NCBI GenBank assembly: GCA_041695225.1
Contig: JBGFRI010000045.1
Span: 1 to 64,000, forward strand
Length of the DNA stretch: 64,000 bases
Reading direction: 5' to 3'
DNA from: Deinococcota bacterium
GTDB lineage: Bacteria; Deinococcota; Deinococci; Deinococcales; Thermaceae
This document shows, piece by piece, positions 1 to 8,411 of this stretch. Each line of letters begins with the position of its first letter. The first letter of the stretch is position 1. The position numbers were made by a program, and so were the translations under genes. The notes under the pieces are model-generated. The model searched no databases, was not told the DNA's origin, and saw nothing but the letters and a program-made list of their open reading frames with translations.

Positions 1-292
1 TTTCTTCCCTGAGCAGTTCCAGGACAACCTGCGCTTTGAAACTGGCTGAGTGGTTCTTTCTCATAAACTAGTGTCGCTTAGAGCCTGCGGTTTTCGTGTC
101 CAGTTTATGGGGTCCATTATCCCAAGTTGAGTTTTGCACTCTTTCGAGAGCTACTTTGGGGCGGTGGTGATAGTCCAGACACTTTCAGGTGGTAAGGCGC
201 AAGAGCGGTTGAAGCCGCAAAAACCCCAAGCACAGGGCCTTACGGGTTTTTTATTACAGCCGCAAAATGGCACGGCTTGCTGGACCTGTAAT

Positions 293-309
293 ATACCCCA
301 CTTGCGTAT
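293..309. promoter_or_regulatory. Candidate CsoR/CstR-family operator (ATACCCCACTTGCGTAT) upstream of the sulfite oxidase
   Basis: Same 17-bp ATAC-N9-GTAT spacing with a C-tract as the boxes at 22065, 22090 and 32857; weaker G-tract. Confidence 0.4.
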
Positions 310-382
310 ACCCATCTTCCTGTGTAGCATGGGTTCACAACAAATCAGTAACCTTGAAGTGCATCTTCGGTGGGAGGAAGAA

Positions 383-1642
383 ATGGACAAGCAGGACAAG
401 CCTTTACTGTCGTTGGAAGAGCTAGATCGTCGTAGTTTTCTCAAGCAGGCTGCACTGGCTGGCGCGGCCATAGGCCTTACTGGGGTGGCAGGTGTGCGCG
501 CACAAGCAGCCCCCGCAACCGCCGACCAGCTTGTGCGGGGCAAAAACGCGGCTCTCAGAGTGCTGGCTTCAAGGCCAATCGTAATGGAGACCACGCTGGC
601 CATCATGCGTACAGAGCAGATTACCGACAAGGCCAACCTCTTCGTCCGCAATAACATCGACCTGCCGGGGCTCAATACCACCGAGCCCAACGTGCAGCCT
701 GCCTGGACACTGGAAATCGGGGGCCTGGTAGACACGCCTTTGCGGGTAACGGTAGAGGAGCTTTCCCGCCTCCCCCAGGTCGAGGTGACCAGTGTACTGA
801 AGTGCTCCGGCAACGGGCGCACCTTCTTTGAGCCCCGGCCCTCCGGTAACCCCTGGACCTTTGGCGGCATGGGCCAGGTCACCTGGCGGGGGGTGCTCCT
901 CAAGACATTACTCGAGGCCCGCGGAGCCAGGCTGCGCGAGACGGCCCGTTTCATCACCATAAACGCTGCTACCCCCGACGGGGTGGCCCCCTTTGAGAAG
1001 AGTGTTCCGATCAGCACTCTCGAGACCGCCATGCTGGCCCTGGGAATGAACGGCGAAGCACTGCCGGCGGTTCACGGCGGCCCCTTGCGCTTTGTGGCGC
1101 CTGGCATTTTCGGAGTGAACCAGGTCAAGTGGCTTTCACGACTCGAATTCGCCGCCGCCGAGAGCACCAGCCCCGAGCAGATGCCCCGTTACCGGGTGCC
1201 GTTCCTGCCAGGGCAGAACGTGCCCATACTGCCAACCCCGCCGGGAACCCGCTGGAACTATACCTTCGAGAACTCGCGCCCTAACTGGAACCTCAACATC
1301 AACTCCTACATCTGGACCCCCCTAGCCGATGAGGGTCTGCGGGGCCGCAGGGTAGAGATCCGGGGTATCGCCTGGAACGACGGGGTGGTTCCGGTCGAGC
1401 GCGTAGATGTCTCGCTAGATGGTGGAACCAACTGGCGCAAAGCCCATATTGAAGCCGACGCCGGGCGTTATGGCTGGTACCACTGGGTTGCGCCTCGCCT
1501 GCTGGATCCGGGTAGCCATCTGGTCATGGCTCGAGCCACCGACGCCCTGGGGCGCAGCCAGCCCATGAACGGTAACCTCTGGTGGAACGACCGGGGCTAC
1601 GAGTGGAACGGGATAAAGCGGGTCAGGTTTAACGTGACCTAG
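383..1642 (+). CDS. Tat-exported molybdopterin sulfite oxidase / sulfite:cytochrome c oxidoreductase (SorA/SoxC family)
   Basis: SD GGAGG before ATG 383; twin-Arg DRRSFLK signal; FVRNN, LKCSGNGR (Mo-ligand Cys), HGGPLR, VKWL and C-terminal Ig-like dimerisation domain. Confidence 0.9.
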   Translation: MDKQDKPLLSLEELDRRSFLKQAALAGAAIGLTGVAGVRAQAAPATADQLVRGKNAALRVLASRPIVMETTLAIMRTEQITDKANLFVRNNIDLPGLNTTEPNVQPAWTLEIGGLVDTPLRVTVEELSRLPQVEVTSVLKCSGNGRTFFEPRPSGNPWTFGGMGQVTWRGVLLKTLLEARGARLRETARFITINAATPDGVAPFEKSVPISTLETAMLALGMNGEALPAVHGGPLRFVAPGIFGVNQVKWLSRLEFAAAESTSPEQMPRYRVPFLPGQNVPILPTPPGTRWNYTFENSRPNWNLNINSYIWTPLADEGLRGRRVEIRGIAWNDGVVPVERVDVSLDGGTNWRKAHIEADAGRYGWYHWVAPRLLDPGSHLVMARATDALGRSQPMNGNLWWNDRGYEWNGIKRVRFNVT

Positions 1643-1765
1643 CACTATAGGCCGCGCCCACTTGGCTGGTGCTTTCCTGACTTTCATAGGGGATAATGCC
1701 CAGTACCCCGCCCTAGGATAAACCGCAGTCTGGGCTGGCTCAAGGGAAGCGAGGAGGAGTTTTTG

Positions 1766-2479
1766 ATGTTGAAGAAGACCTGGTGGCTACTGTCCATCAT
1801 TGTTGTGGCTATGTTTGGCTGGTCGGCCCTGAGCCAGAGCCAGTTGCCTGAGGGGCCGGGTAGGGATCTGGTAGGACGCAAGTGCGCCGAGTGCCACGAC
1901 ATTGGCCTGGTAACCAGGGAGCGGCTGAGCCGGGAGAACTGGGACCGCATGATTACCGAGATGCAACGGTACGGCATGCGTGTCACCCCACAGGAGCGCA
2001 GCCAGATTCTGGACTACCTGGCCACCCACTTTGCACCCGCCGCGGCTGCTGCTGCCCCCACGGCTACGGCTCTGGCTGCTACCGCCCCAGCGGATGGCCG
2101 GGCAGTGTTTAACAACTGTGTTGGCTGCCACCAACCCACTGGCGCAGGAATTACTGGCCGCTTCCCGCCCTTAGCCAGGCATGTCCCCGATATCTTGAGG
2201 GCCCCTGGTGGGCGGGAATGGATAATTCAGGCGGTGCTTTATGGGCTACAAGGCCCCATCACAGTGCGGGGCGTGCGCTACAACGCGGTAATGCCCGCAC
2301 AGGCCCACCTCAGCAATGCCGAACTGGCCGCGGTGCTCAACTTTATCTCCACCCAGTGGGGCAACGCCTTCCCGCCGGGGCAGGCCGCCTTTACCGCTGC
2401 CGAAATTCAGGCCCAGAGAGCCAGAGTCCTTACGCCACAGCAGGTTCATGCCGCCAGGCAGCGGCTTGGGCTGCGATAG
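1766..2479 (+). CDS. Diheme cytochrome c: SorB-like N-domain, Ala linker, Thermus c552-like C-domain
   Basis: Signal peptide; CAECH and CVGCH heme motifs; C-half (FPPLA..GGRE..VLYGLQG.I.V.G..YN.VM..LTPQQV) closely resembles T. thermophilus c552. Confidence 0.88.
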   Translation: MLKKTWWLLSIIVVAMFGWSALSQSQLPEGPGRDLVGRKCAECHDIGLVTRERLSRENWDRMITEMQRYGMRVTPQERSQILDYLATHFAPAAAAAAPTATALAATAPADGRAVFNNCVGCHQPTGAGITGRFPPLARHVPDILRAPGGREWIIQAVLYGLQGPITVRGVRYNAVMPAQAHLSNAELAAVLNFISTQWGNAFPPGQAAFTAAEIQAQRARVLTPQQVHAARQRLGLR

Positions 2480-2519
2480 ACTGGAGTGTGGCGTGGCCAA
2501 AGACAAAATGGCCCGGCCA

Positions 2520-2960
2520 ATGAACACGGTCTTGTCCCTTCACGCTGGGCAGGGTTCCCTGCCCAAGCCTGCCATTCCCCAGGCAGTCCTGGTGGCTGGC
2601 ATGGGCGTGGAAGGCGATCGTCATTTTGGCCGACACCCCGACCGGGCCGTGCTGGTAGCTGGAAGTCTGACCTATGCCCTGGCAACTCGGGCTGGAATTG
2701 CACTGCCGCCCGGTGCTCTGGGCGAGAATCTGCTGGTAGACTTCGACCCTCACCAATTGGGCACAGGTACCTCGCTTCAGATTGGGGCAGCTTTACTGGA
2801 ACTAACTGAGGTATGCACTGTCTGCGACTCGCTCTCGGTCTTCGACCTGCGTCTGCCCAAAGTGCTTCTGGGCAGACGCGGCATCTACGCCAGGGTGGCT
2901 CGCGGTGGCACGGTCCAGGTGGGCCAGGCGATCCGGGTTCTGAGCCTACAGGGAGCCTAG
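2520..2960 (+). CDS. MOSC domain protein
   Basis: GVEGDRH, PGALGENL, LQIG, CTVC, RRGIYARV motifs. Confidence 0.85.
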   Translation: MNTVLSLHAGQGSLPKPAIPQAVLVAGMGVEGDRHFGRHPDRAVLVAGSLTYALATRAGIALPPGALGENLLVDFDPHQLGTGTSLQIGAALLELTEVCTVCDSLSVFDLRLPKVLLGRRGIYARVARGGTVQVGQAIRVLSLQGA

Positions 2961-3000
2961 CTCACTCCTGCCCAGGCGACCTTTGGGGTAGGCTGGGGGT

Positions 3001-3894
3001 ATGCGCATTGTTTCGGCGGAAGAAACCCGCGCCATGCTTCCTTATCCCGAGCTGGCAGCCTCCATTGCCCAGGTCCTGATTGAGCAGGCCCAGGGCCAGA
3101 TCATAGCCCCCGAGCGTCTGGTGGTGCCGCTGGTGGGTGGGGCGGCCCTGTTGCTGATGCCCGCTGCCGATCCATCCATCACCGTAACTAAAATAGTTAC
3201 CGTACACCCCCAGCAACACCCCAGTGTGCGGGCCGAGGTCTGGGTAATGAGCACCGATTCGGGAGAACGGCTAGCCTTGCTCGAGGGCTCGGTGGTGACC
3301 GCCCACCGCACCGCTGCAGTGTCGCTGCTAGCCGCACAAACCCTCGCACCCAACCCTTCTGGATCGCTGCTCATTTTGGGTGCTGGAGCGCAAGGCCGAA
3401 GCCATCTGGAAGCTTTCCACAGCGGCCTGGGAACCAACAAGGTGTATGTTTACTCGCGCACCTTAGAGCGCGCCGAAGCGCTGGCCTCGTACGCCCGTGG
3501 TCGCGGCCTGCTGGCCCAGTCGGTCAGCCGCCTGGAGACGGTACTGGACGAAGTAAGCCTGATTGTCTGCGCCACCACCAGCCAGACCCCGCTCTTGTTC
3601 AGGGCCATCGAGGGTACCTTCATTGCTGCGGTGGGCGCCTACCGGCCCGATATGGCCGAGGTCTCGGCGGAGGTGGTAAAGCAGGCGCAGGTATATGTGG
3701 ATACCCTGGAGGGTGCTAAGTCAGAGGCCGGAGATTTGTTGCAAGCTAACGTGGACTGGAGCCAGGTTCGCTCGCTGTACCAGGCCCTAAACCAGCCCAG
3801 GCCTAGTTCGGGCACTGTGCTTTTCAAGAGTGTGGGTCATGCCCTGTGGGATCTGGCTGCCGCCCGCCTGGCGGCCCAGGCTATGCGCCAATAG
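3001..3894 (+). CDS. Ornithine cyclodeaminase / mu-crystallin family
   Basis: LLMPA, TKIVTVHP, TAHRTAAVS, GAGAQG, VGAYRPDMAE, FKSVGHALWD; leaderless TAGGCT-N6-ATG. Confidence 0.9.
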   Translation: MRIVSAEETRAMLPYPELAASIAQVLIEQAQGQIIAPERLVVPLVGGAALLLMPAADPSITVTKIVTVHPQQHPSVRAEVWVMSTDSGERLALLEGSVVTAHRTAAVSLLAAQTLAPNPSGSLLILGAGAQGRSHLEAFHSGLGTNKVYVYSRTLERAEALASYARGRGLLAQSVSRLETVLDEVSLIVCATTSQTPLLFRAIEGTFIAAVGAYRPDMAEVSAEVVKQAQVYVDTLEGAKSEAGDLLQANVDWSQVRSLYQALNQPRPSSGTVLFKSVGHALWDLAAARLAAQAMRQ

Positions 3895-3973
3895 TTAACC
3901 CGGAGCACCCAGTTTGACCGCTGTCCCGCAGCAGGGGGGAGTGTTATTGCTGTTTCTATACTAGACTGGCCCT

Positions 3974-6367
3974 GTGAAGCTGGTGATCGGGCCGCCGGCC
4001 TCGGGGAAAACCACCCGCCTGCTCGAGGTTGCGCAGGGCTACTTGCAGCAGCGCAAGCGGGTCTGGTGGATCTGTTTGCCAGCACAAAAAGCCTATGTCT
4101 ACCGCCGGGCCACCCAGGGTGGGGCGGTGCTGGGGCTCGAGGTGCTAACCTCGCAGCAGCTTTATTACCGCTTGCTGGCAGCCAGCTTTGGCCTTAAGCC
4201 CATCCTGACCGGGCCGGGCCGGGTGGCGATGGTGAGCCAGGCGCTGTTCTCCGAAAGCGGTACCCTGCCCCCGGGCGTACAGCCGCAGACTGTCCCTATA
4301 GGGAAGCTGCCCAACCCTGGCGAGGCGCGGCTTTTTGCCAGGGCTATCGCCGAGGCCAAGCGTAACGCGGTGAAACCGGGCCAGGTTCCGCCCATCAGCA
4401 CCGAAGCACGGCGTCTGCAGCTGGTCTATGACTGCTACGAGGAGCTCAAGAGAAAACACGGCTACTGGGACTACGACGATTTTCGATCGGGAGCGCTGGA
4501 GTTGTTGGAGAAGGGCCAGGGCCGGGTCGAGGCCGACCTGGTGGTGGTGGATGGCTTCCGCGAGCTGGGCGTCCTCGATCTACTCCTCTTTCAAGCCCTG
4601 TCCAGACAAGTTGCGGTCTGGGTTAGTCTGCCCGAAGCGCCGCCAGGGTTTGGACCCGACGAGGTGCTTTACCACAGCACTATCCCCACCCAGACCTATC
4701 GCGCCCAGAACCCGGTAACCGAGGCCCGCTGGGTGCTGCGCTCCATCAAGCGCGACCTGGCGCTGGGCGTCCCGGCCCTGGACATTGCTGTGGTTGCGCC
4801 CGAGACGCGTATTGCGGCCCTGCTAACCCTGGCCGATGAGTACGGCCTTCCACTAATCTCGCAGCTAGCGAGCACCGCTGCTGAAACCCCGGAGGGGCGG
4901 CTCTTGCTCGAGCTGCTGAGCCTGCCCGACTATCCCACTCCAACCAGCCTTCTGGCCGTTCCCGAGCTGGCACCGCTGGGCCGGGCTGCCTTGGAACGAA
5001 GCCTGGTCGGGCCAGAAGCCATCATGCGCCTGGCCCAGGAGCTGGGCCTGCAGCAGGTCTGGGCCTGGTGGCTGTCGCGCCTCAAGCCCCCCGGTGAAGA
5101 AGGCTCGTCCTTTTCCCACAGCCCACAAACCGAAGCTCTGCACGCCTCGCTCACCTGGGCCAGCGAACTACTGGACGCGCTACCCGAGCTGCGCCACAGC
5201 CCGCGCCGGGCCAGTCTGATGGAGCGGGCCCGCGAAGCCAACCAGATTGCCACCGGCCCAGACTTTCGCCACTGGTGGGGCGCCCTGCTGGCCAAGACCT
5301 ATCTGCCGCACCGCCCGCCCGGTGGGGTGGCCCTGCTCACGCCCACCCTGGCCTCGGGGCAGCGCTGGAAGAAGCTCTACCTGACCTATGCGGTGGAAGG
5401 AGCCTACGGTATCGGCGAAGAAGAAGACTACTTTGTCCCCGAGGAAGTGCGGGTGGGGCTAAAGGAAGCCCTGCAGATGGCTCTGGCCCGGGCTGGAGGC
5501 CAGCTGCCAAAGCGTTTTTTGGGGCGGGATCGGCTGCTAATGCAAGAACTCAAAACCCGCGCCGACGAGGTGATCATCACCTATCCTGAAGCCAGCCAGG
5601 AAGGGCCGCTGGAGCCCGAACCCACACTGGTGGTAAGCAACCCCGCTTACCTGCCCAAACTGCCCCCGGCCAGCCTTCTGGACCTGGCCCGCTCAAGGGG
5701 ATACAAGGCTTCTTTGGGCCAGGTTAAGTTAGGGCGGGCTCGGGTGGAAGACCTGCGGCGCTATAACGAGTGCGGTTTACAGTACTGGGCTGTGCAGTTT
5801 GACCACCAGCCCGCCGAGCAAGAGTGGTGGTGGCACTTGGTGCAAGAATTACGCAAAGCCGAAAAACTGGTACCGGGGCAGCTTCAGGCTCTGGCCCAGC
5901 AGTTTCCTCAGGCCGAAGGCTGGATGCGCCATCACCAGCAACACCTGAGCGAACTAATCCTGGGCTTCAAGCTAGAAGGCCAGGGGCTCGAGGTGCGGCT
6001 GGACGCGGTCTGGCGCAGGGGAACCGAGGCCCACATCTACCGCTTTGTAGCCCCCAACACCCATCCTGAAGACGCCGACCAGCAGGTGCGCCGCCGCTGG
6101 AGCGAGCGCTGGGCAGCGGGCTACCTGCTCTCTGAATTTGCCGGACGCATTAAGAGCGTATCTCTATGGGCCTGGCCGATTCTGGGCGAGCCGGTGCTGG
6201 TCTACGACAAGCCCATAGAAAAGGTGTGGAGCGCTTTGGCAAACCTTCTGAACATGGCCCAGGAAGTTCATAGCCGCTATAAAGCCGGGGTGGTGGAGCC
6301 CAACCCCGGCTTTCGTTGCCGTAGCTGTGGTGTGAGGGATGTCTGCCGCGAAGGCAAGGCCGGGTGA
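3974..6367 (+). CDS. addB: AddB-like subunit of AddAB helicase-nuclease
   Basis: N-terminal GPPASGKT, VVDGF, C-terminal 1+3 Cys Fe-S staple (NECG ... CRSCGVRDVC); addA lies nearby. Confidence 0.8.
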   Translation: MKLVIGPPASGKTTRLLEVAQGYLQQRKRVWWICLPAQKAYVYRRATQGGAVLGLEVLTSQQLYYRLLAASFGLKPILTGPGRVAMVSQALFSESGTLPPGVQPQTVPIGKLPNPGEARLFARAIAEAKRNAVKPGQVPPISTEARRLQLVYDCYEELKRKHGYWDYDDFRSGALELLEKGQGRVEADLVVVDGFRELGVLDLLLFQALSRQVAVWVSLPEAPPGFGPDEVLYHSTIPTQTYRAQNPVTEARWVLRSIKRDLALGVPALDIAVVAPETRIAALLTLADEYGLPLISQLASTAAETPEGRLLLELLSLPDYPTPTSLLAVPELAPLGRAALERSLVGPEAIMRLAQELGLQQVWAWWLSRLKPPGEEGSSFSHSPQTEALHASLTWASELLDALPELRHSPRRASLMERAREANQIATGPDFRHWWGALLAKTYLPHRPPGGVALLTPTLASGQRWKKLYLTYAVEGAYGIGEEEDYFVPEEVRVGLKEALQMALARAGGQLPKRFLGRDRLLMQELKTRADEVIITYPEASQEGPLEPEPTLVVSNPAYLPKLPPASLLDLARSRGYKASLGQVKLGRARVEDLRRYNECGLQYWAVQFDHQPAEQEWWWHLVQELRKAEKLVPGQLQALAQQFPQAEGWMRHHQQHLSELILGFKLEGQGLEVRLDAVWRRGTEAHIYRFVAPNTHPEDADQQVRRRWSERWAAGYLLSEFAGRIKSVSLWAWPILGEPVLVYDKPIEKVWSALANLLNMAQEVHSRYKAGVVEPNPGFRCRSCGVRDVCREGKAG

Positions 6368-6386
6368 GCCTCCACCGGCACGCGGT

Positions 6387-6758
6387 CTACCGGCTTCCCT
6401 CGCCCTTGAGTAGGTCACGCGCCAGGGCCATCACCTTATCGCTAAAGCTAAAACCCTCCCTGGCTGCCTTTTCGAGCAGCAGGCGTTTCTCTTCGCGGCT
6501 CATGGGCAGCCACAGGGCCACCTTCTCCTGCCCGTTCTCCAGCATGTACTCCCCGCCGAACTCATCCCGCTGCACCTTGCCTTCCATGCTCTGTCCTCCT
6601 TGAAGGAGCCAGGCCCGCAGGCGGCTCCTGACAAAACGCCACTCCCTTCCCACCTTGCGTGCGGGCAGCTCCCCGCTACGGGCAAGCTGGTAGACGGTCG
6701 CCTCGGAAACCCTCAGGAACTGGGCTGCTTCCTCGAGGGTCAGCACCTCGTCGTCCAA
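6387..6758 (-). CDS. Excisionase-type (HTH_17) DNA-binding protein with extra C-terminal domain
   Basis: VLTLEEAAQFLRVSEATVYQLARSGELPARKVGREWRF. Confidence 0.85.
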   Translation of the reverse strand: MDDEVLTLEEAAQFLRVSEATVYQLARSGELPARKVGREWRFVRSRLRAWLLQGGQSMEGKVQRDEFGGEYMLENGQEKVALWLPMSREEKRLLLEKAAREGFSFSDKVMALARDLLKGEGSR

Positions 6759-6907
6759 GTTATCACCCCCGGATTTACCATCCGATACTAAGTTACCCTA
6801 TCTGGTGCTAAAATACAACATCTTGCTGTCTTCTTATAGTAAGTTCGCACGGCCCTATTCAATCTCCATAGGGCTACCTGTGCTTGTGCTGAACTGGCGG
6901 GAACAGG

Positions 6908-7753
6908 CTAAAGGGCCACCATGCGGCTTGCCAGGTAGGCCTCCAGGTGCTCGCGGAAGGCTTTCATCAGAGTCTGGGCAAATGGTCCTACCTTACCATC
7001 GGCTACCGGTCGGTCTTCAATCTGGGTGATGGGCATTATCTCGCGGGTGGCACCGGTCAGGATGACCTCGTCGGCGTCAAAAAGCTCTTCTAAGGTGATG
7101 CTGCGGTGCTGGATGGGCAAAATGCCCTCCGCTACGCGCAGCATATTCATGCGGGTAATGCCGGGTAACACACTCCCCAGGTCGGTAATCAGAATGCCGC
7201 TTTTGATAATCGAGAGGCTGCTGCGCCCGCCTTCCGATACCAGCCGGCCATCGTGGTAGACCACCTCGGTAGCGCCTTCGGCCCGTACCCGCTTGCTGAG
7301 TTTTACCGCCACCAGATAGTCGGTAGTTTTGGCCAGGGGCAGCTCGCGCTGGTTGGGGTGCAGGATAATTTTGGCGCCCTGCTGGTAGTAGAGGGCAGGG
7401 TGGGCTTTTAGCGCCACGGGGGCCATGATCAGGTTAGGCTGGCCGGGGGTAAAGGCATCGGGGGAGTAACCGCCGGTCAGGACAATCTGGATACCGGCGT
7501 CCTTTAGTTCGTTCAGTCCGATCAGGTCAGCAATAAGGTTCTGTAACTGGGTGCGGTTTACCGGAATCTTTAGCTCCAGTATCTCGGCGCTCTGCTCAAA
7601 GCGGCCCAGGTGGTCTTCCAGAAAAACTGGAATACCCCGCAGGATGCGGAAAAACTCGAAGGCCCCATAGCCCCGCCGCAGCCCCAGGTCGGAGATATGG
7701 ATGGTGGCCTGGGAGTGCTCGATGATGGTTCCGTTGATGCTGGCGTATTTCAC
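6908..7753 (-). CDS. Class IV PLP aminotransferase (D-amino acid / branched-chain / ADC lyase family)
   Basis: GYGAFE, HLGRF, AKTTDY, SEGGRSS, LPGITR, ADEVILTG motifs. Confidence 0.9.
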   Translation of the reverse strand: MKYASINGTIIEHSQATIHISDLGLRRGYGAFEFFRILRGIPVFLEDHLGRFEQSAEILELKIPVNRTQLQNLIADLIGLNELKDAGIQIVLTGGYSPDAFTPGQPNLIMAPVALKAHPALYYQQGAKIILHPNQRELPLAKTTDYLVAVKLSKRVRAEGATEVVYHDGRLVSEGGRSSLSIIKSGILITDLGSVLPGITRMNMLRVAEGILPIQHRSITLEELFDADEVILTGATREIMPITQIEDRPVADGKVGPFAQTLMKAFREHLEAYLASRMVAL

Positions 7754-7816
7754 AAAATCCCTCTATAGCTCGATATTCTAGCAGCTACTTGCTATACTTT
7801 CATTGGCAGGAGCCTT

Positions 7817-7987
7817 ATGTCTATTTCTGAAGCCAAACCCATTCAGCTGGATGTTTCCTCGTCCGTTGAGCTTCCGCAGGTCGAGGGCGTCGAATTCGAA
7901 GAGACATCCCCTGAAGAACAAGAGCGCATCGTTGCTGAAGCGCTGGAGCGCAATGCGGAGGTATTGCGTGGCCTTGCCCAGCGCTAG
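7817..7987 (+). CDS. Small antitoxin for Doc (56 aa, absent from the ORF track)
   Basis: SD AGGAG then ATG; MSISEAKPIQLDVSSSVELPQVEGVEFEETSPEEQERIVAEALERNAEVLRGLAQR; acidic, with a C-terminal ..ERNAEVLRGLA helix typical of Doc antitoxins; extended -10 TGcTATACT at 7790-7798. Confidence 0.7.
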   Translation: MSISEAKPIQLDVSSSVELPQVEGVEFEETSPEEQERIVAEALERNAEVLRGLAQR

Positions 7988-8411
7988 CTTCTTCTATCGC
8001 TACAAGGGCTGCCGTTACCCCACCGGAAAACTGGTCGAAACCCTGCACCGGAACGCCCTGGTCCGCTTCGGGGGTCTGGAGGGGGTACGGGATAAGGCGG
8101 CTTTACAGTCTGCGCTTTACGCGCCAATTTCGACCGCAGGTGGGGATGATGCCTACCCTACCTTTTTCACCAAAGTGGCGGCTCTTGGTTTTCGACTGGT
8201 CAAGAACCATCCTTTTTACGACGCCAACAAGCGAACGGCCTGGTTGACGGTTGAAACAACCCTACATGCCAACGGCTACTACACCAGCCGTCCGGCCATC
8301 GAGATAGAGGACATCATAGTACTTATGGCAGCGGGTTACCTGAGCCTCGAGGGGTTTCGAGCTTTTCTGCTAATAGCCTGTAATCAGGACTATACCGACG
8401 AACGCCTGTGA
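7953..8411 (+). CDS. doc: Doc-family (Fic fold) toxin
   Basis: GGLEGVRD..L.SAL, HPFYDANKRTA Doc-type motif; start codon uncertain. Confidence 0.88.
   Translation: MRRYCVALPSASFFYRYKGCRYPTGKLVETLHRNALVRFGGLEGVRDKAALQSALYAPISTAGGDDAYPTFFTKVAALGFRLVKNHPFYDANKRTAWLTVETTLHANGYYTSRPAIEIEDIIVLMAAGYLSLEGFRAFLLIACNQDYTDERL

Noticed and set aside
1..49. 3' end of an upstream CDS (..FFPEQFQDNLRFETG*)
   Set aside because: Too short to identify
134..382. Upstream start for the sulfite oxidase
   Set aside because: The SD and Tat signal support ATG 383
6387..8411. Prophage or integrative element, suggested by the excisionase-like gene and TA pair
   Set aside because: No integrase, att repeats or phage genes seen
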